From Paraspadella gotoi (taxonomy: Eukaryota > Animalia > Chaetognatha): a stretch of 64,000 bases of DNA. The notes beneath the pieces were generated by a model. The model was not told the origin of the DNA and did not search any database. It saw only the letters and a program-made list of their open reading frames with translations. Where the stretch lies: the NCBI GenBank assembly GCA_051294375.1, contig CM119264.1, positions 1,037,923 to 1,101,922 of the forward strand, written 5' to 3'. Both the position numbers and the translations under genes were made by a program. Below, piece after piece: positions 34,299 through 48,710 of the stretch. Each line of letters opens with the position of its first letter. The first letter of the stretch is position 1.

Positions 34299-35159
34299 TA
34301 TTTGACAGTTGTAATTTTCACAATCATAATCATAAAGTTAGATAAAACTTTAAAATATGGGCTAATGCGAAAATTAAAAACAATTTTTTTTTTATTTAAA
34401 AAGTTCATTATCTACTATTCTAATTTCGATTTTTCTTGATTTGTTTTTTCTACGCTTTAATAAATAACTGTTAGGAAATTGGTACAACCAATATAATAAT
34501 GATTCATTTTAGTATTACTATAATTCTTTATTTTACTCTACCTAAATTTAGAGAGATTAATTTCCTTTTTTTTTCTTCAACGCGATTTCTCATTCGGTCT
34601 TCATCCACTTTTCGTCATCCATTTTTTCTTTGACGAAAAAAAAACATTTGTAGTATCTTTAATCCATATTCCTTATTTATAGATTTTTTATAATAGCTTA
34701 ATTAATCATTGGTGTTTTTTTTGCATTTTTTTTGTTTCATGCGTCAAATAGTATAAATTGGCGGAGTTTATTTTTGGTTTTTGGTTTTTTTTATTTTTTT
34801 ATCGTGGCGTGGTTTAGGTTAGTTTGTTTTGTTAGTTCAAAGTGTTTTTATTGTTATTAGTAGAGTAACTTTTCTTCGTTTTTTTATCTTAAAATGTTGA
34901 GGAAGAAAAAGCTAATTCCATCCTTTCTTAGTAAAGTTAAGATTTTTCTTTTTTCTCGTTTTTTTTAATATTTTTTTTTACGAATTCGATGTTTATCTGT
35001 TTTGTTGTTGTTGTCGACGTTTATTTTCTTCTGTGGGAAATAAATAAATAAAAGGCGACGCGGTTAGATTGAGGATGGAGAGAGAGAGAGAGACAGAGAG
35101 AGAGACAGGAGCAAAGAAGAGAGAGAGACGAGAGGGAGAAGAGAGAGAGAGAGAGAGAG

Positions 35160-35268
<109 letters not shown>

Positions 35269-36784
35269 GAGAACTGTGCTTTGTAATCATTGGAAAAAGA
35301 AAGTCATAAATGACACATTTTCTCTCTTTAACAAAACGGATTTAGTACAACGTTACAATATACTTAATAATTAATTAATTAATTATATGTATATGAGTAG
35401 AAAACAAAATTTGTCAACAATCGGTGTCGGTCACTCTGACAAAGATAGAGGGAGACTGAAATAATGTAAACCATTAAATACATTTATATTAGTATCAAAA
35501 GTCCAATGGGTTATTACTTATATCTGAAAAGTTTTAACGTGTCCCTTATTCTGCGTTATTATGTGCCAACACAAGTCTGAAACATAGGTAAAACAATCAA
35601 TTACTGATACTTTACAAGTCTGCAAGTTTTAATTAAAAATAAAATACCCAAGTATTATATGAGTAATTCTACATTGAATTTCACATGACTTAACAAATAT
35701 GATACATATGCATGTTAAAGTTCTTATGCTGTCTAACGTTTCTACCAAAAATTCTTGAAATTTTACCAGAGTTAATAATATTTTTAACGCAAGTAGGATC
35801 AACCGACGGACAGAAAGACATACCGACCGACCGACCGACAAATTACTTATAGAGATGCTCCTTCTGCAAATAATAAAAACAAATAGTTAATGGTCGATCT
35901 TTTTTGTTCCCTGGGACCATTAAAGAGTAAGAGAGGGCAGCATCAGTCAGGTCTGAAGGAAAGGTAGGAGATGGCTGCAGACAATGGAAAATGAATATAG
36001 ATGATAGCAGATGAATGCAAACGACGGAAGATGAATGGAAAATGAATGCAAAAGATGGCAGATTATTGTAATTGAAATGCAGATGTCAGATGAATGGAAA
36101 ATGAGCGCAGACGATGGCAGATGATCGGAAATTTAGTGCAGAAGATGGCAGATGAGCGAATAAGATGGCAGATGGGTACAGACGATGATTGGAGGTTTAT
36201 GGACGCTAAAGCAAAATAACAGAAATTCACAAAAAAAGTTGTTGTGGTCATTGCAACGAAACGCGATTTAGATTCGACAAAAATGAGGATTGACGTCGCA
36301 ATTTGTCCATTGGTGGCAGAAGGAGGAGGAAAAGGTCAATGTGATGATATTGAAGATGGTTGACCCTTGGGCGGATTGAGACAGAGACGTTTAGTCTCTG
36401 AGAGGAAATGAATGAGCAAATGAACAAATAAAAAAATAAGAAGGAAGGAAGTATTAATAAAAAGTTAATGAGATGGAAAAAAGGATTAGTGAAAAAGATA
36501 ATAAAAAGAAAAGAAGGATTAAAAGAAGGATACTAAGAAGTAAGGATTAATAATAAGATATTTAGAAAAAAGGAAGGATTAATAAAAGGATGATAGGATG
36601 GAAGGAAGGATTATTAAAAGGAAAATAAGAAGAAAGGAAGGATTATTAAAAGGATAATGAGAAAGAAGGAAAGATTAGTTGAAAGATCAAAAAAAATTTT
36701 CGTTATGAGTCGATGAAGAATAAATAGGAAATGACTTTGTTGCGACAAGAAGACACAGAGAGAGAGATAGAGAGAGAGAGAGAA

Positions 36785-36863
<79 letters not shown>

Positions 36864-36895
36864 TAGAAAAAGGGACTGGGATTATGCAAAAGTAC

Positions 36896-36978
<83 letters not shown>

Positions 36979-37100
36979 AAGAGAGGAGCTTAATTGCAAC
37001 GCGAGCTGGTGTGTGATGTCACCTTGGGATTTTTTTGTTCAAGCGAGGAAGATAGAGATAGAAAGACCGACCAGGCGGAGAGAAAGAGAAAGAGAGAGAA

Positions 37101-37148
<48 letters not shown>

Positions 37149-37601
37149 AGAGAGAGAAGAGAAGAGAACGAAAAAAAATAAGAAAATAAAAAAAACAAGA
37201 GAAAAGACAAAGGACAAGACAAGACAAGACAAGACAAGACAAGACAAGACAAGACAAGACAAGGACAAGACAAGACAAGAAAAGACAAGAAGGACAAGAC
37301 AAAAAAAGAAAAGAAAAGAAAAGAGGAAAAGAAAAGAAAAAGAAAAGAAAAGAAAAGAAAAGAAAAGAGTGTTGACGCCGTTCGGATTACGTAGGCGATA
37401 ACTTTGCAAGAAGGCGTCGTCGTCGTCGTCAACGTCGTCGTCGTCGTCGTCGTCGTCGTCGTTTTCTTCGCTAGTCGAAGGCGTCTATTTCTCTTTTGTT
37501 TTCTCTTCGTTTGTTTCTTCTTATTTTTTGTCTTTTATGGTATTTTTTTTGGTTTTTTTTGTTTTTGTTTTTGTTTAGTTTATTTGTTTTTTGGTTTTTT
37601 T

Positions 37602-38363
37602 TTAGCCGGATCTGGTTACTGCTCTATAATTCACTTTGTCGGTCCGTCGGTCCGCCCCCTCAATCTTATCGGGAATTCACTTATATCATGTCAAAACATC
37701 GAAATATGATACATTATGCAAATAAATATTATGTCCGTCCGTCCGTCTGTTTGTCTGTCCGTCTGTCCGTCCGTTCGTCCCACCTAAGCAAAAAACACCA
37801 ATTACTCGTGATTTGATGGATTGATTGGAATGAAATTTTGTGTGTGGGTAGAAAAGTGTGAGATTGAGCTGGAAATCATGTTTCGATGGAATCGTCCGAG
37901 AGGAAATGAGTTAAAATGGAAAAAAACTAAAAAATATATTTGACTATTTGAACGCCAATTACTCATGATTGACTTCAAATTTTGTATCTGAGTAGGAAAG
38001 TTTTGACGGAATCCTCAAAGTGGAAATGAGTTAAAATAGAAAAAAACAAACATGCTATTTCACTATTTGATTATGCTTTGTTTATTTTTAAATTAATTAA
38101 TTATTAATAAATAAGTAATTAATTAATGATTATCGATTATTTGTAATTAATTAATTAATTTAATTAATTTTGTGATCGAGATTGTTGTTTTGTGATTGAG
38201 AGGCGATACAAAGTGGAAAAGGATTTTGACACGAATAAAAAAATAATATTCATTAATTAATTAAATAATTAATTAATTAAAATTAATTAATTAATTAATT
38301 GATGATCAGCTGCTTACCGCTAATGATTGTGGGCAAATCCGGCATTGTTTGCTCAAACTTGTT
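37602..38363 (+). mobile_element. HINE/DINE-1-like (Helentron-associated) element; related fragments at ~24150-24545 and ~39830-40140
   Basis: Subterminal IR GCCGGATCTG/CAAATCCGGC, internal (GTCC)n, CTTGTT end, T-rich insertion site. Confidence 0.65.
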
Positions 38364-38465
38364 CTTTCTTTTTTCTGTCACCTAGAAAAGTGAAAAGTGA
38401 GTTTCAAAAAAAGAAAAAGCGAATAAGACATTAAGATGAAAGAGAAAATGAATAACAGAGAGGTT

Positions 38466-38512
<47 letters not shown>

Positions 38513-39124
38513 AAAGAAGTACAACAAATACTAATCAGAAGGGCAGAAAATTAAATATAATTAAAGATAAGGATAAATATTAGGATAAATAAATAAATTA
38601 AATAATGTTAGAGAATTAAAAAAATAAATAGAAATAAACGTATGTGATAGATAATTTTAGAAAAGTAAAGAGAAAAGAAGATAATTAAGAGCAGCAAAGA
38701 GAAGTAAAGAGAAAGGCAGAAAAGTAAAGGGAAATAAAGAGAAGTAAAGAGAAAAGCAAATAGAAATAAAGTGAACGAAGCGATTAAAACGTTTTCCTCC
38801 TGAGAAATTTATTAAACGAATCTAAAAATAGACCAAAGAAATAACGAAAAAAAATGTTGAAAGGTGGAAAAAAAAGAACGGAAAAAAGAAATAAAAGAAA
38901 AAGAAAAAACTAAATAGAAATAGAAATTAATACGATTTCATTAAATTTATACATTTCAAACAATTGAAACTTTTTTTTGAAATACTATACCACTTTATTG
39001 GTAGGAAAGCCTAGTACTCTGGGAGTGAATAAACGAGACTGTGAGAGAGTCTTGATTGAAAGCTTGCAGGGACCTGCTATGTCATTATCTGAATTGAGGC
39101 CTTAAAACACCAAAGCCTGTCCAA

Positions 39125-39752
39125 TAGGGTGGAGTGATGAAAAGATTGAGTGATTGAACATTATTTTTTTGCTGCCTATGGACATATAATTAATAAATTT
39201 TAAATCCTTTTAAAAAAATTTTTAGCATAACAGTATAGCAAATTCAATTATTTATGTAGTAATATCCTTATAAAATCGTTAAATTTCAAAATAATTTTTT
39301 TTTATTTTTAAGAACTGATTTGGATTTGCTATAAAAAACTAAGAAACTTTTATAAAATATGTTATATGATATTTTAATGTTTAGATCACAAAAAATGATT
39401 AAAACGTTTTAACATATATAAGTTTCTACTACAGAGAATAAAAAAGTTAGGAATTTTTACTTTTTTTCTTATTTTAAACATTAAAGATGACATAATTTTT
39501 GATAACATATTTTTTATTTTTGATTCAACTTTTTATGAAGAATCTGAATCTTTAATAAAAGTTTCATAAAAATTATTTTTAAAATTTATTATTTTATAAG
39601 GATATTACTACAAATATATTATATTTTACTATTCTGTTCCCGAGATAATATGAACAAAATATTTTTTGTACTAGTTAATCATACTATCTCACATCTAAAT
39701 ATCATTGTTCGATCATTCAAATAAATTTTTTGTTCTTGAGTGCTCCACTCTA
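39125..39752. mobile_element. hAT-type MITE (628 bp)
   Basis: Termini TAGGGTGGAG / CTCCACTCTA; 8-bp TSD CTGTCCAA at 39117-39124 and 39753-39760; it splits a repeat that is uninterrupted at ~4040-4215. Confidence 0.85.
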
Positions 39753-40204
39753 CTGTCCAATCAGGGGCAAGATATCTTATTTATTAAAGGAATGGATACT
39801 TTTTTGTCGAATCTGCTTATAAGCATTAAACTCCAATTACTCATGATTGAATGGTTGGATTGGAATGAAATTTTGTGTGTGGGTGGGAAACTGTGATTAA
39901 GCTGGATATAAAATTTCAATGGAATCGTCAGAGTGGAAATGAGTTTAAATGGAAAAATCATAAGTCACGTTTATTTGAATCTTTTTGCTTAAATTACCTC
40001 ATAATTACTCTAATCAATCATAATTGGATTAATGGATTGAGATGAAATTTATTGTGTGTGTAAAAAAATAAGTGCTTAAACTGAATATAAAGTTTTGATG
40101 AAATTGTAAAAGTGGAAATGAGTTTAAATGAAAAAAAGAAAACAAAAGTCCCTTTTACTTGACTTTTTAAAGTTTTAAAACTTTAAAGTTTCTCTCTCTC
40201 TCGC

Positions 40205-40445
40205 TGCAAGTTTAAAAAAATATACAAGCTTAAAAAATTATGCAAGTTGAAAAAATTATGCAAGTTAAAAAGATTATGCAAGTTTAAAACAATTATGCAA
40301 GTTAAAAAGATTATGCAAGTTTAAAAAATTATGCAAGTTAAAAAGATTATGCAAGTTTAAAAAATTATGCAAGTTAAAAAGATTATGCAAGTTTAAAAAA
40401 ATTATACAAGTTGAAAAAAGTATTCAAGTTGAAAAAATTATGCAA
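40205..40445. repeat. ~18-bp AAAAATTATGCAAGTT array; degenerate reverse-complement array at ~51270-51800
   Basis: Direct reading. Confidence 0.8.
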
Positions 40446-40756
40446 TTAAAAATAATGGGCAAAATATTTCAAATATTATATTTATTGATAAAATATTTTT
40501 TTTAAATCATAAATTATTAATTAATTATATAATATTTCCAAGAATGTTTTAATTGCTTGAGATTGGAAAATTAAATTAAAAGGTACGTAAATGACAAAAA
40601 GGGACATGAATGACAAAAAGTTACATAAATGACGAAAACTGACACCTTTCAAAGATTGGGAGCGAAAATAAAGGAGAGCAGAGGTGAGACTAAATTAAAA
40701 AGAAGCAGAGCAAGAGACGTGCGAGAAGAATAGAAAAGCAGAGAGAGAGAGAGACA

Positions 40757-40806
<50 letters not shown>

Positions 40807-40831
40807 AAGAAAAGAGAAGTGAAGTGAACCT

Positions 40832-40887
<56 letters not shown>

Positions 40888-40904
40888 CTCTCCCTCTCTC
40901 AACA

Positions 40905-41606
40905 TTAGGCAAAAACTCTTACTTTATAAATTAACTACCAATCTCGAAGTCATCAGAAATAAAACAACTAATAGCTGGAAAAAAGAATGTAGAATTGCTG
41001 TAGAGAATTTAATAAAGAAAGACTATACAAACAACTGCTACAAAGTCGTACAAGGACAACAAATATTAAAAAACAAAGCCAAAAACATAGTCGACCAAAT
41101 AAGCAAATATACCTACTCGCGAAAACCATTACCGGAACTATTGAAATGCAACAAACAAGAAAACGCTACCATATTAATGTCAAGATATGGAATGCTTGAG
41201 TGCGGCAAGAACTATAATTCTACAATAAATCAAATCTGTGAAAAATGCAACAAGGAAGATGATGAAGAACATAGACTTAATTATTGTATTAAATGGAATC
41301 ATTTAAACTTTATGTCCAATCTTGATAAAATACCTTTTTCTGATATATACTTAAATAACATAGAAAAACTAAAGCATATCATGATTCGGATAGAGAGAGT
41401 GTGGAACGTTAAAAAAGGAACGGGATCTATGTGTAAATACTGAAATTTAAACTATGTATATAATTAGTCCACTTTGTAATTTTTTTGTTTTGTTAATTTA
41501 TTTCATTTCTTTAAATGGTACATACATGTATATGTACGGCTCATTAACTGTTACATGTTACTGTGTTAAACATTCACATTTTGAGCATAATAAATCAAAT
41601 CAAATC

Positions 41607-41610
<4 letters not shown>
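40905..41610 (+). mobile_element. 3' fragment of a non-LTR retrotransposon (LINE)
   Basis: ORF 41141..41443 with a CxxC...EEH...C zinc-knuckle-like motif, followed by AATAAA and an (ATCAA)n tail. Confidence 0.75.
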
Positions 41611-41659
<49 letters not shown>

Positions 41660-41747
41660 CTCTCTCTCTCTCCAATATGGCGTCGAACACCCACTTTCAT
41701 TTCAATTTTTATCAATTTTTTTTCCATTTTTAGTTTTTTTTTTAAGA

Positions 41748-41778
<31 letters not shown>

Positions 41779-41779
41779 G

Positions 41780-41813
<34 letters not shown>

Positions 41814-42119
41814 TATATATATATAACACTATCCTTCAAGATATAGCTGCCATAAAATTTTTTTTTAGTAAGCTTATGTTAAATTAAAAAATTATCATTT
41901 TTCATTGGGTTTATATTAATTATTTTACCCAATTGTGATACAATTCTTATCTATTAAAAATATGCTTCTTTGCCGGATTCTAATATTTTCAGCCATTTTT
42001 TCTTCTTTTTTTATCTTTTTTCGTTATTTTTGATTCTTTTCCATTTTTATTTTTTATTTCTTGCAACTTTTTCCCTGACCTCTTTTTTCGCCATTTTTGA
42101 TCTTTTTATACACGTCGAC

Positions 42120-42469
42120 GTTGGCCCACACAGAAGTTTCGTCAACACAAGAGATTCGCCCACACAGGAGTTTTTTCCACACAGGAGTTTCGCCACACAT
42201 AAGTTCTGCCCACACAGAGGTTTGCCAACAAAGGAGATTCGCCCACACAGGAGAAACGCCCACACCGGAGTTTCTTCCACAAGGAATTTCCCCCATACAG
42301 GAGTTTCGTCGACACAGGTGTTTTCTTCCACACAGGAGTTTTCGCCCACACAGAAGTTTCCAACACAAAAGTTTTAGCCAACACAGGAGTTTCTTCCACA
42401 CAGAAATTTCGACCACGCAGGAGTTTATCCCACACAAGAGTTTTGCCCACATAGGAGTTTCGCCCTCAC
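42120..42469. repeat. Minisatellite, ~19-20-bp CCACACAGGAGTTT units
   Basis: Direct reading. Confidence 0.85.
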
Positions 42470-42837
42470 ATGAGCCAAGCGCACCCAAAATTCCGTTCGG
42501 TGATCGTGACTTAGAATTCCTCAAATGATCTTGATGGCTTCGTTTTCGTGGAACGTAGCTATGAGATCGTAAAGGAGAGACGAGTAGCAGTACGCATCAG
42601 TCTCTTGCAAGTAGCATCGACTGCTCCTACAGATCTCTTCTCTCTGCATCTCTCTCGAGCTCCTCCATCCCTCTCTCCACGAGCGTGGAGGAGATGCCGA
42701 CGAGAGAGCTGATGAGAGAGAGAGAGAGCAAAGATAAAAAATATAGAAAAAGGGAGAGGAAGGGAGATAGAGAGCGAGAGAGGAAGACAAAGAAGGAGAG
42801 AGAAACAAATAGATGAAAGTGTTTGAATTAAATTAAT

Positions 42838-43318
42838 AAACAAGGAACGGTTATTCCAAGGTGTTGCGCGGCATTACTTTTCTTTTTACTTATCATGTCA
42901 TTTATTCCTTATAGTTTATAAGATAAAAATAAAAATACGGAAAACTTGTCTCAATTTTCAATCTAAATATTTCACCAAGTTAGTCACCTCAACATGATGT
43001 ATTAACCTTTCTTTTTCGTTGTTAGTTTGATAGTAGAAAAAAAAATTTTAATGATTTTTACAACGAATAATAATAAAAACAAATTCGTTATAAAAAATCA
43101 TTAAAACTTTGTTTTTTCTAATAAGATTTCTTTAAAAACAAAAGGCGGCGCCAGTAGTTGCTTAGATTTGATTTTTAACAAATGAGCAACAAACTATAGG
43201 CAAGTTATAAGCATTTTTAACGTAAGTGGGACAAACCAACGGACAGACATACCGACAGACCGACCAACCGACCGACCGGACCGAAAAGTGACCTATCGAG
43301 TTGCTCCGCAACTAAAAA
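42838..43318 (-). mobile_element. Second HINE-like family; inverted copy at ~45010-45492
   Basis: 43130-43300 matches the reverse complement of 45010-45155; (GACC/GACA)n tract; ends in CTTGTT. Confidence 0.55.
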
Positions 43319-43699
43319 TATTTAAAATGAATAAAAAGTATTGTAAACAAAATATATATATATATATTTTTTGTTTCTCTTTACTGTCTTTTTAAATCTT
43401 TAAAAAGGTTAAACTCCTAATTTAGACAAATGTCACCGATCGTTTTTCTATTTTTTTTCTCTTCTTTTCCTTCTTTCCTTCCTTTTATTTTCCTTCTTTC
43501 CTTCTTTTTTCTTTCCTTATTTCCTTCCTTTTCTTTTCCTTCTTTCCTTCCTTTTTTTTTCTTCTTTCCTTCCTTTTTTTTCTTCGACTCACTGTCCTTT
43601 TTCCTTTCTTTTCTCCGTCTCTTATTTTCCTCTTTAACTTCTTTCTTCCTTTTCAGACTCTCTTCTTCTTTTCCTCCTCCAACGTCAATACACTTTGGA

Positions 43700-44100
43700 C
43701 AACTCCCACAGTAAACGCCATACTCCCCTTTTCCTACAGTAAACGCCACACTCCCCTTTTCCCACAAGCGACCGCCACACTCCCCTTTTCCTCACAGTAA
43801 ACGCCACACTCCCCTTTTCCCACAGTAAACGCCACACTCCCTTTTTCTACAGTGAAAAGCCACACTCCCCCTTTCGCACAGTGAAAGCCACACTCTCCCT
43901 TTCCCACAGTGAACCCACACTCTCCTTTCTCACAGTAAACGCCACACTCAACTTTTCCCACAGTGAACGCCCACTCCCCTTTTCCCACAGTGAACGCCAC
44001 ACACTCCTTTCCTACAGTGAAAGCCACACTCCCCTTTTCCCACAGTGAACGCCACACTCCCTCTTTCCCACAGTGGACGCCACACTTCCCTTTTCACAAA
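43700..44100. repeat. Minisatellite, ~27-bp CCCACAGTAAACGCCACACTCCCCTTT units
   Basis: Direct reading. Confidence 0.9.
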
Positions 44101-44177
44101 GAGTGAAACTTGAGCAAAGGAGAAAAAAATTATTAAATTTGAGCGAAAAATTCGAATTTTATATTTAATTCCATTCA

Positions 44178-44208
<31 letters not shown>

Positions 44209-44216
44209 TCTCTCTC

Positions 44217-44247
<31 letters not shown>

Positions 44248-44340
44248 ACCAAAACACTGTTTGGTTTTCGTCAGTAGCGGTTTATTTCATTTATTTCATT
44301 TATTTCATTTCTCGATATAAGCATGAAACATCCTCTCCTT

Positions 44341-44535
44341 GACCCGGTGGCTCATTGAGTAAAGCCATTAGCTCATGTCCACTAGGTACCGGGTTCAATC
44401 CCAACCCTGTACCGTAAACCGCCTTGGAGGCGTGGAAAACCCTCAAGCCTGGTTACAAGCTCAGGACCCGTTCTATGGCTGCCGAAGTGGCATGGAAGTT
44501 ACAGAAGTTCTCGCCCACTCAGCGCCTTATCCACA
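44341..44535 (+). mobile_element. tRNA-derived SINE; degraded copy at ~10430-10575
   Basis: TGGCTCATTGAG A-box, GGTTCAATCCC B-box, shared body GGAAAACC(C/T)TCAAGCCTG...GACCCGTTC. Confidence 0.65.
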
Positions 44536-46446
44536 AATTTCCAAGTATAAAGAAATGAAAAACAAGGATTCTCTGTTTTTATTTTTGAAGAAATTGAATT
44601 TAGTTGTCAGAATATTTGAAATCTCAGTTTTTTTTATTTTTATAATATTACATTATCAATGTTGCTTACATATTGTAAAAAAAATCCATCTCTCCCTTGC
44701 ATATTTCAACTCTGTCTCTATCTCACTCTCAAGGTGTCAACATTCGCTTTCCTCATTTGATGACTTTTCTTTCTCTTTGTATTTTCACCTTATCTTTTTG
44801 GGGATCAACGATATCTCTCTCTTTCTCTCTCTCACTCTCTCTCTCTCTCTCTCTTTCTCTCTTTCTTTCTTTATTTCTCTCTCATTCTCTTAAACTACTT
44901 TTCCAAACCCAGTGATCCCGGTATGAACCACGTATAATAATCCTCTCATTCTTCCAGCAACCCTTCTGGCTCAGTTTCCCGAGAGTGTTTCTTTATCCTT
45001 TATTCCTTTAAACTCTATAAGTCACTTTTCGGTCGGTCTGTCGGTTGAATACGCTCATAACTTGCTTATACTTCGTTGCTCACTTGTTAAAACAGGAAAA
45101 GAGCTCAAATCTAAACGACTACTAGCGCCGCCTTTTGTTTTTAAAGAAATCTTATAAAGTATATGGAACCAAAGATGTGATTACAATGCAGGGCGTATCG
45201 TATTTATAGGGAAATACAAGGGATAAGAAAGTTCTATGGTAACGGAGGGACATGTGTGATGCTTGGGGTGTGTGGCATCTCACGACAGCTGGCGCTCAGG
45301 GCTTTGGACCTGCAGTGACCACCCCATGTCACTGGCGTGTTTATGCCGACACCATCACACTTTAACCGTGAGGGGATTGAACCCAGAATTCAAAGTTGGT
45401 GAACGAGAACTTAGCTGTCCAAGCCAATGAGACGAGCTGAGTTTCCCCAAGTTATACGGGAGGGGAATTTAGGATTCGCCGCAGTTCCTTGTTTTTAAAA
45501 AAGAAGTAAATCATCGGGGAAAAAAAAGCAGAAAAGAATAAAACTAATCATAAAATACTATAAAATATAAAATACATTTATGTCGAAATTAAATAATTTC
45601 CGAGAAAAGAATAAACAAAGAAAAACACAAAAAGGAATGTTTTTTTCAATTTTAATTGACGATCTTATTTTCCGCTAAATATATTTCTTCTTCCTTTAAT
45701 TTTTTTTGTTTTTTGTTGTTTTTTTTATCGATGTTATAATCCATTTTCGATCAACGGGTTTTGACGTTTACGATATTTGTTTATGTTTAACGAATGTTTG
45801 TTAATTTAAAAGAAAATCTAAGTCAGAAAAAAGTAAAAAGAGAATCTAATTTTTAGTTTTGTTTCGAAATAATATAAATGATTTTAAACACTATTATTAC
45901 AGTAATAAAGTTATACGAAGCAAAAAAAAGTAACATATACTATGATGTGAAAAAAACTATTAAAAAAGCAAACAAAACAAAACAAAAACAAAACATTAAA
46001 AGTATGTTTCGTTGACGAAACGATTTTGCTGACCATTAAAAAAATCGGGGTCTCATTTTTTTCAGGTCACGAAATCGTCGTCTTCTTCTTCGTCGTCGTC
46101 GTCGTCGTCGTCGTCTTTCGTCGTTTTCGTCGTCTTCTTCGTCATCGTCGTCGTCATTGTGGTCGTCGTCATCTTTCCAGTTTTATGGTGCAATTGTGCG
46201 CGACAAATCCTGCGACGCTTATTTGCATAAACTGGCCACCGCAAACTCCAGTCCGCCAGAAAGGGAAAAACTGTTTCGGTGGAGAAGAAAAAAAAAAAAA
46301 AAAAAACAAGTAAGAAAACAACGAGAAAACAGAAAAAAAAGAAGGAAGGAGAGAAGGAGAGAAGGAGAGAAGGAGAGAAGGAGGCAGTAGCTAAACCAAA
46401 GTGGAAAAAATGAAGGGTAATTATGCGAAATTCTCCAACGAGGTCG

Positions 46447-46517
<71 letters not shown>

Positions 46518-48589
46518 CTAATTGTTTGTCGAACTCGTCGTCGTCGTCGTCGTGGTCGTCATCGTCGTAGATTCAAATATTTTCTAATCGAAATGTGATG
46601 CTTTTTACTGTTTTTACTTATTTTAGTTTCTCTTTAATCAATCTTTTTTTCGATTTTTTTTTTCTTCCTCGATTGTTTTATTCATATGAAATTGGTACAA
46701 CCAATATAATATAAAATATGTGATTCACAGGTTAATTCTATTTCATTTTTCATATTCAAATGACGAAAATAATCGCTGACTCTCAAATTTATTCTACCAT
46801 CTTGGCAAAAAGTATATAACATTTTTAGTAGAGGATATCTACTCAAAATAAATCAGAATGTTTCAAAATCTATATTAAATTTCTTTTTATTTCCAATTTA
46901 TGTAGCCCAAATCATTTAGAAGTTACAAGTAAAAAATAGTAAAAAAATCATATTTAATCTTCTACCATTTTTAATATTGCTTTATTTATTTTTATTTTGA
47001 ATTAAGTTATTTTTTTTTTATTTTGCTATGCCAAAGGTACCGAACTTTTTTTTCATTCATAAAGATGCTATTGTAGCTCACAGAATAGAGGGAATGATAC
47101 AATAATTCATAAGCAATTGATTTGGACTCAATCGTTCCACCATTGTAAATTATACTGCGATACAACAAATCAAAATCATTTGATGTGATTCTTCACTCTG
47201 AAAAATGGTATATTTAATTGCGTCCAATACAGGTTGACATCCTAGAATTGAATTAATCTCATTTATTTTCCGCGTCAGTTTCTCCCTGATCAGCTTTGTC
47301 CTTCTAATAAACCCATTAGGACAATTTGTCGCCCTCTTCCTTCCCACCCCTCCAAATAATTCTCCTTTGTCCCTCTCCCTCCCGCGAACTCTGAGGTCTC
47401 TCTCCCCTTAAGAATTATTCCAACGAATCATAAATCAGATTTTCTTTCCTTTTTTTTCGTCCAGGGGACAAGTTGGCAGTGAGGGAGGATGGAGATGGAG
47501 AAAAGTGGGAGGAAAGAGGGAGGGAGAGAGAGAGGAAAGAGAGAAAGAGAGGGGGAAGGAGTGGGAGAAAGATGGGAGGAGAAAAGGAAGGGAGAGAGAG
47601 AGGAAAGAGAGAAAGAGAGGGGGAAGGATTGGGAGAAAGTTGGGAGGAGAGAGGGAGGGAGAGAGAAATGGTTGGGATGGGGAAAAGGGAAGGGGTGGGA
47701 GAGAGACAGAGAGAAGAGAGAGAGAGAAAGGGTGGAAGAGGGAAAGGGAAAGAAGGAGATGGGAGGGCGGAGAGGGAGCGGGCGACACTTCAAAAAACAA
47801 AAATAAAACATTAAAACATAAAAAAAAACATTAAAGACATAAAACATTAAAACAAAAATATTTTTTATATTCGTAGGGAAAGGGCTTAAAATCAATTTTC
47901 TTCTTTTCGATATTAAAATTTAGAGTAGTTACTAATTATTATTTTTTTTTAAATTAATTTAAATAGAGATTTGAAAATAAAATTATTTTATCTAATAAAA
48001 TATATATATATAAAATATTATTTGAATAATATTTAAAAAAAAGCATTTTATTGATTGATGAATTTAAAAATTAAGAAATTAAATAATATAATATAAATTA
48101 ATATTTGTAATAATTATCAAGATTAAAGATAAATATCTTTTATAGTAACTTGACTAAAAAAAAAATAAACAAAAAAACAACAGAAATGAAAATTAAAAAA
48201 AAAATAAAAAGAGGAACTACGTGAAGTAGCGCCATTGGCGTAGCTTGGCGTAACGTGGCGTAGCGGACTCTCATGACGTCGCGTCATGTATCGTAGAGTA
48301 CCATGTGTCTCACCGTAGCGACGTAGCGTGTCGCGGCGTGAAGAAAATAAATTCCATTTTCTTTTTTTCTTTTAAATTTTACGGAATCGATTTATCACAT
48401 ATGTCGTTCGAGGCGGCGGCGGAGGCCGCGGCGTCGGCGGCGGCGGCGGCGGCGGCAGCGGCCGTGGGAGTGTCATATTAGATATTAGATTGGCTCACCT
48501 GTTTGTTTTTTGTTTGTTTGTTTGTTTGTTTGTTTTTTGTTTGTTTGCAGAGCCAACCCCATTTATTTGCAGGGCCAAAAACTTTTTTT

Positions 48590-48710
48590 GCAGACCTTAT
48601 CCTCTGTCCTGTTGCAGACCTTATCTTCTGGCAGACCTTATCCTGTTGCAGACCTTATCTTCTGGCAGACCTTATCCTGTTGCAGTCCTTATCTTCTGGC
48701 AGACCTTATT
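48590..48710. repeat. ~17-bp GCAGACCTTATC(C/T)T tandem array
   Basis: Direct reading. Confidence 0.85.
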
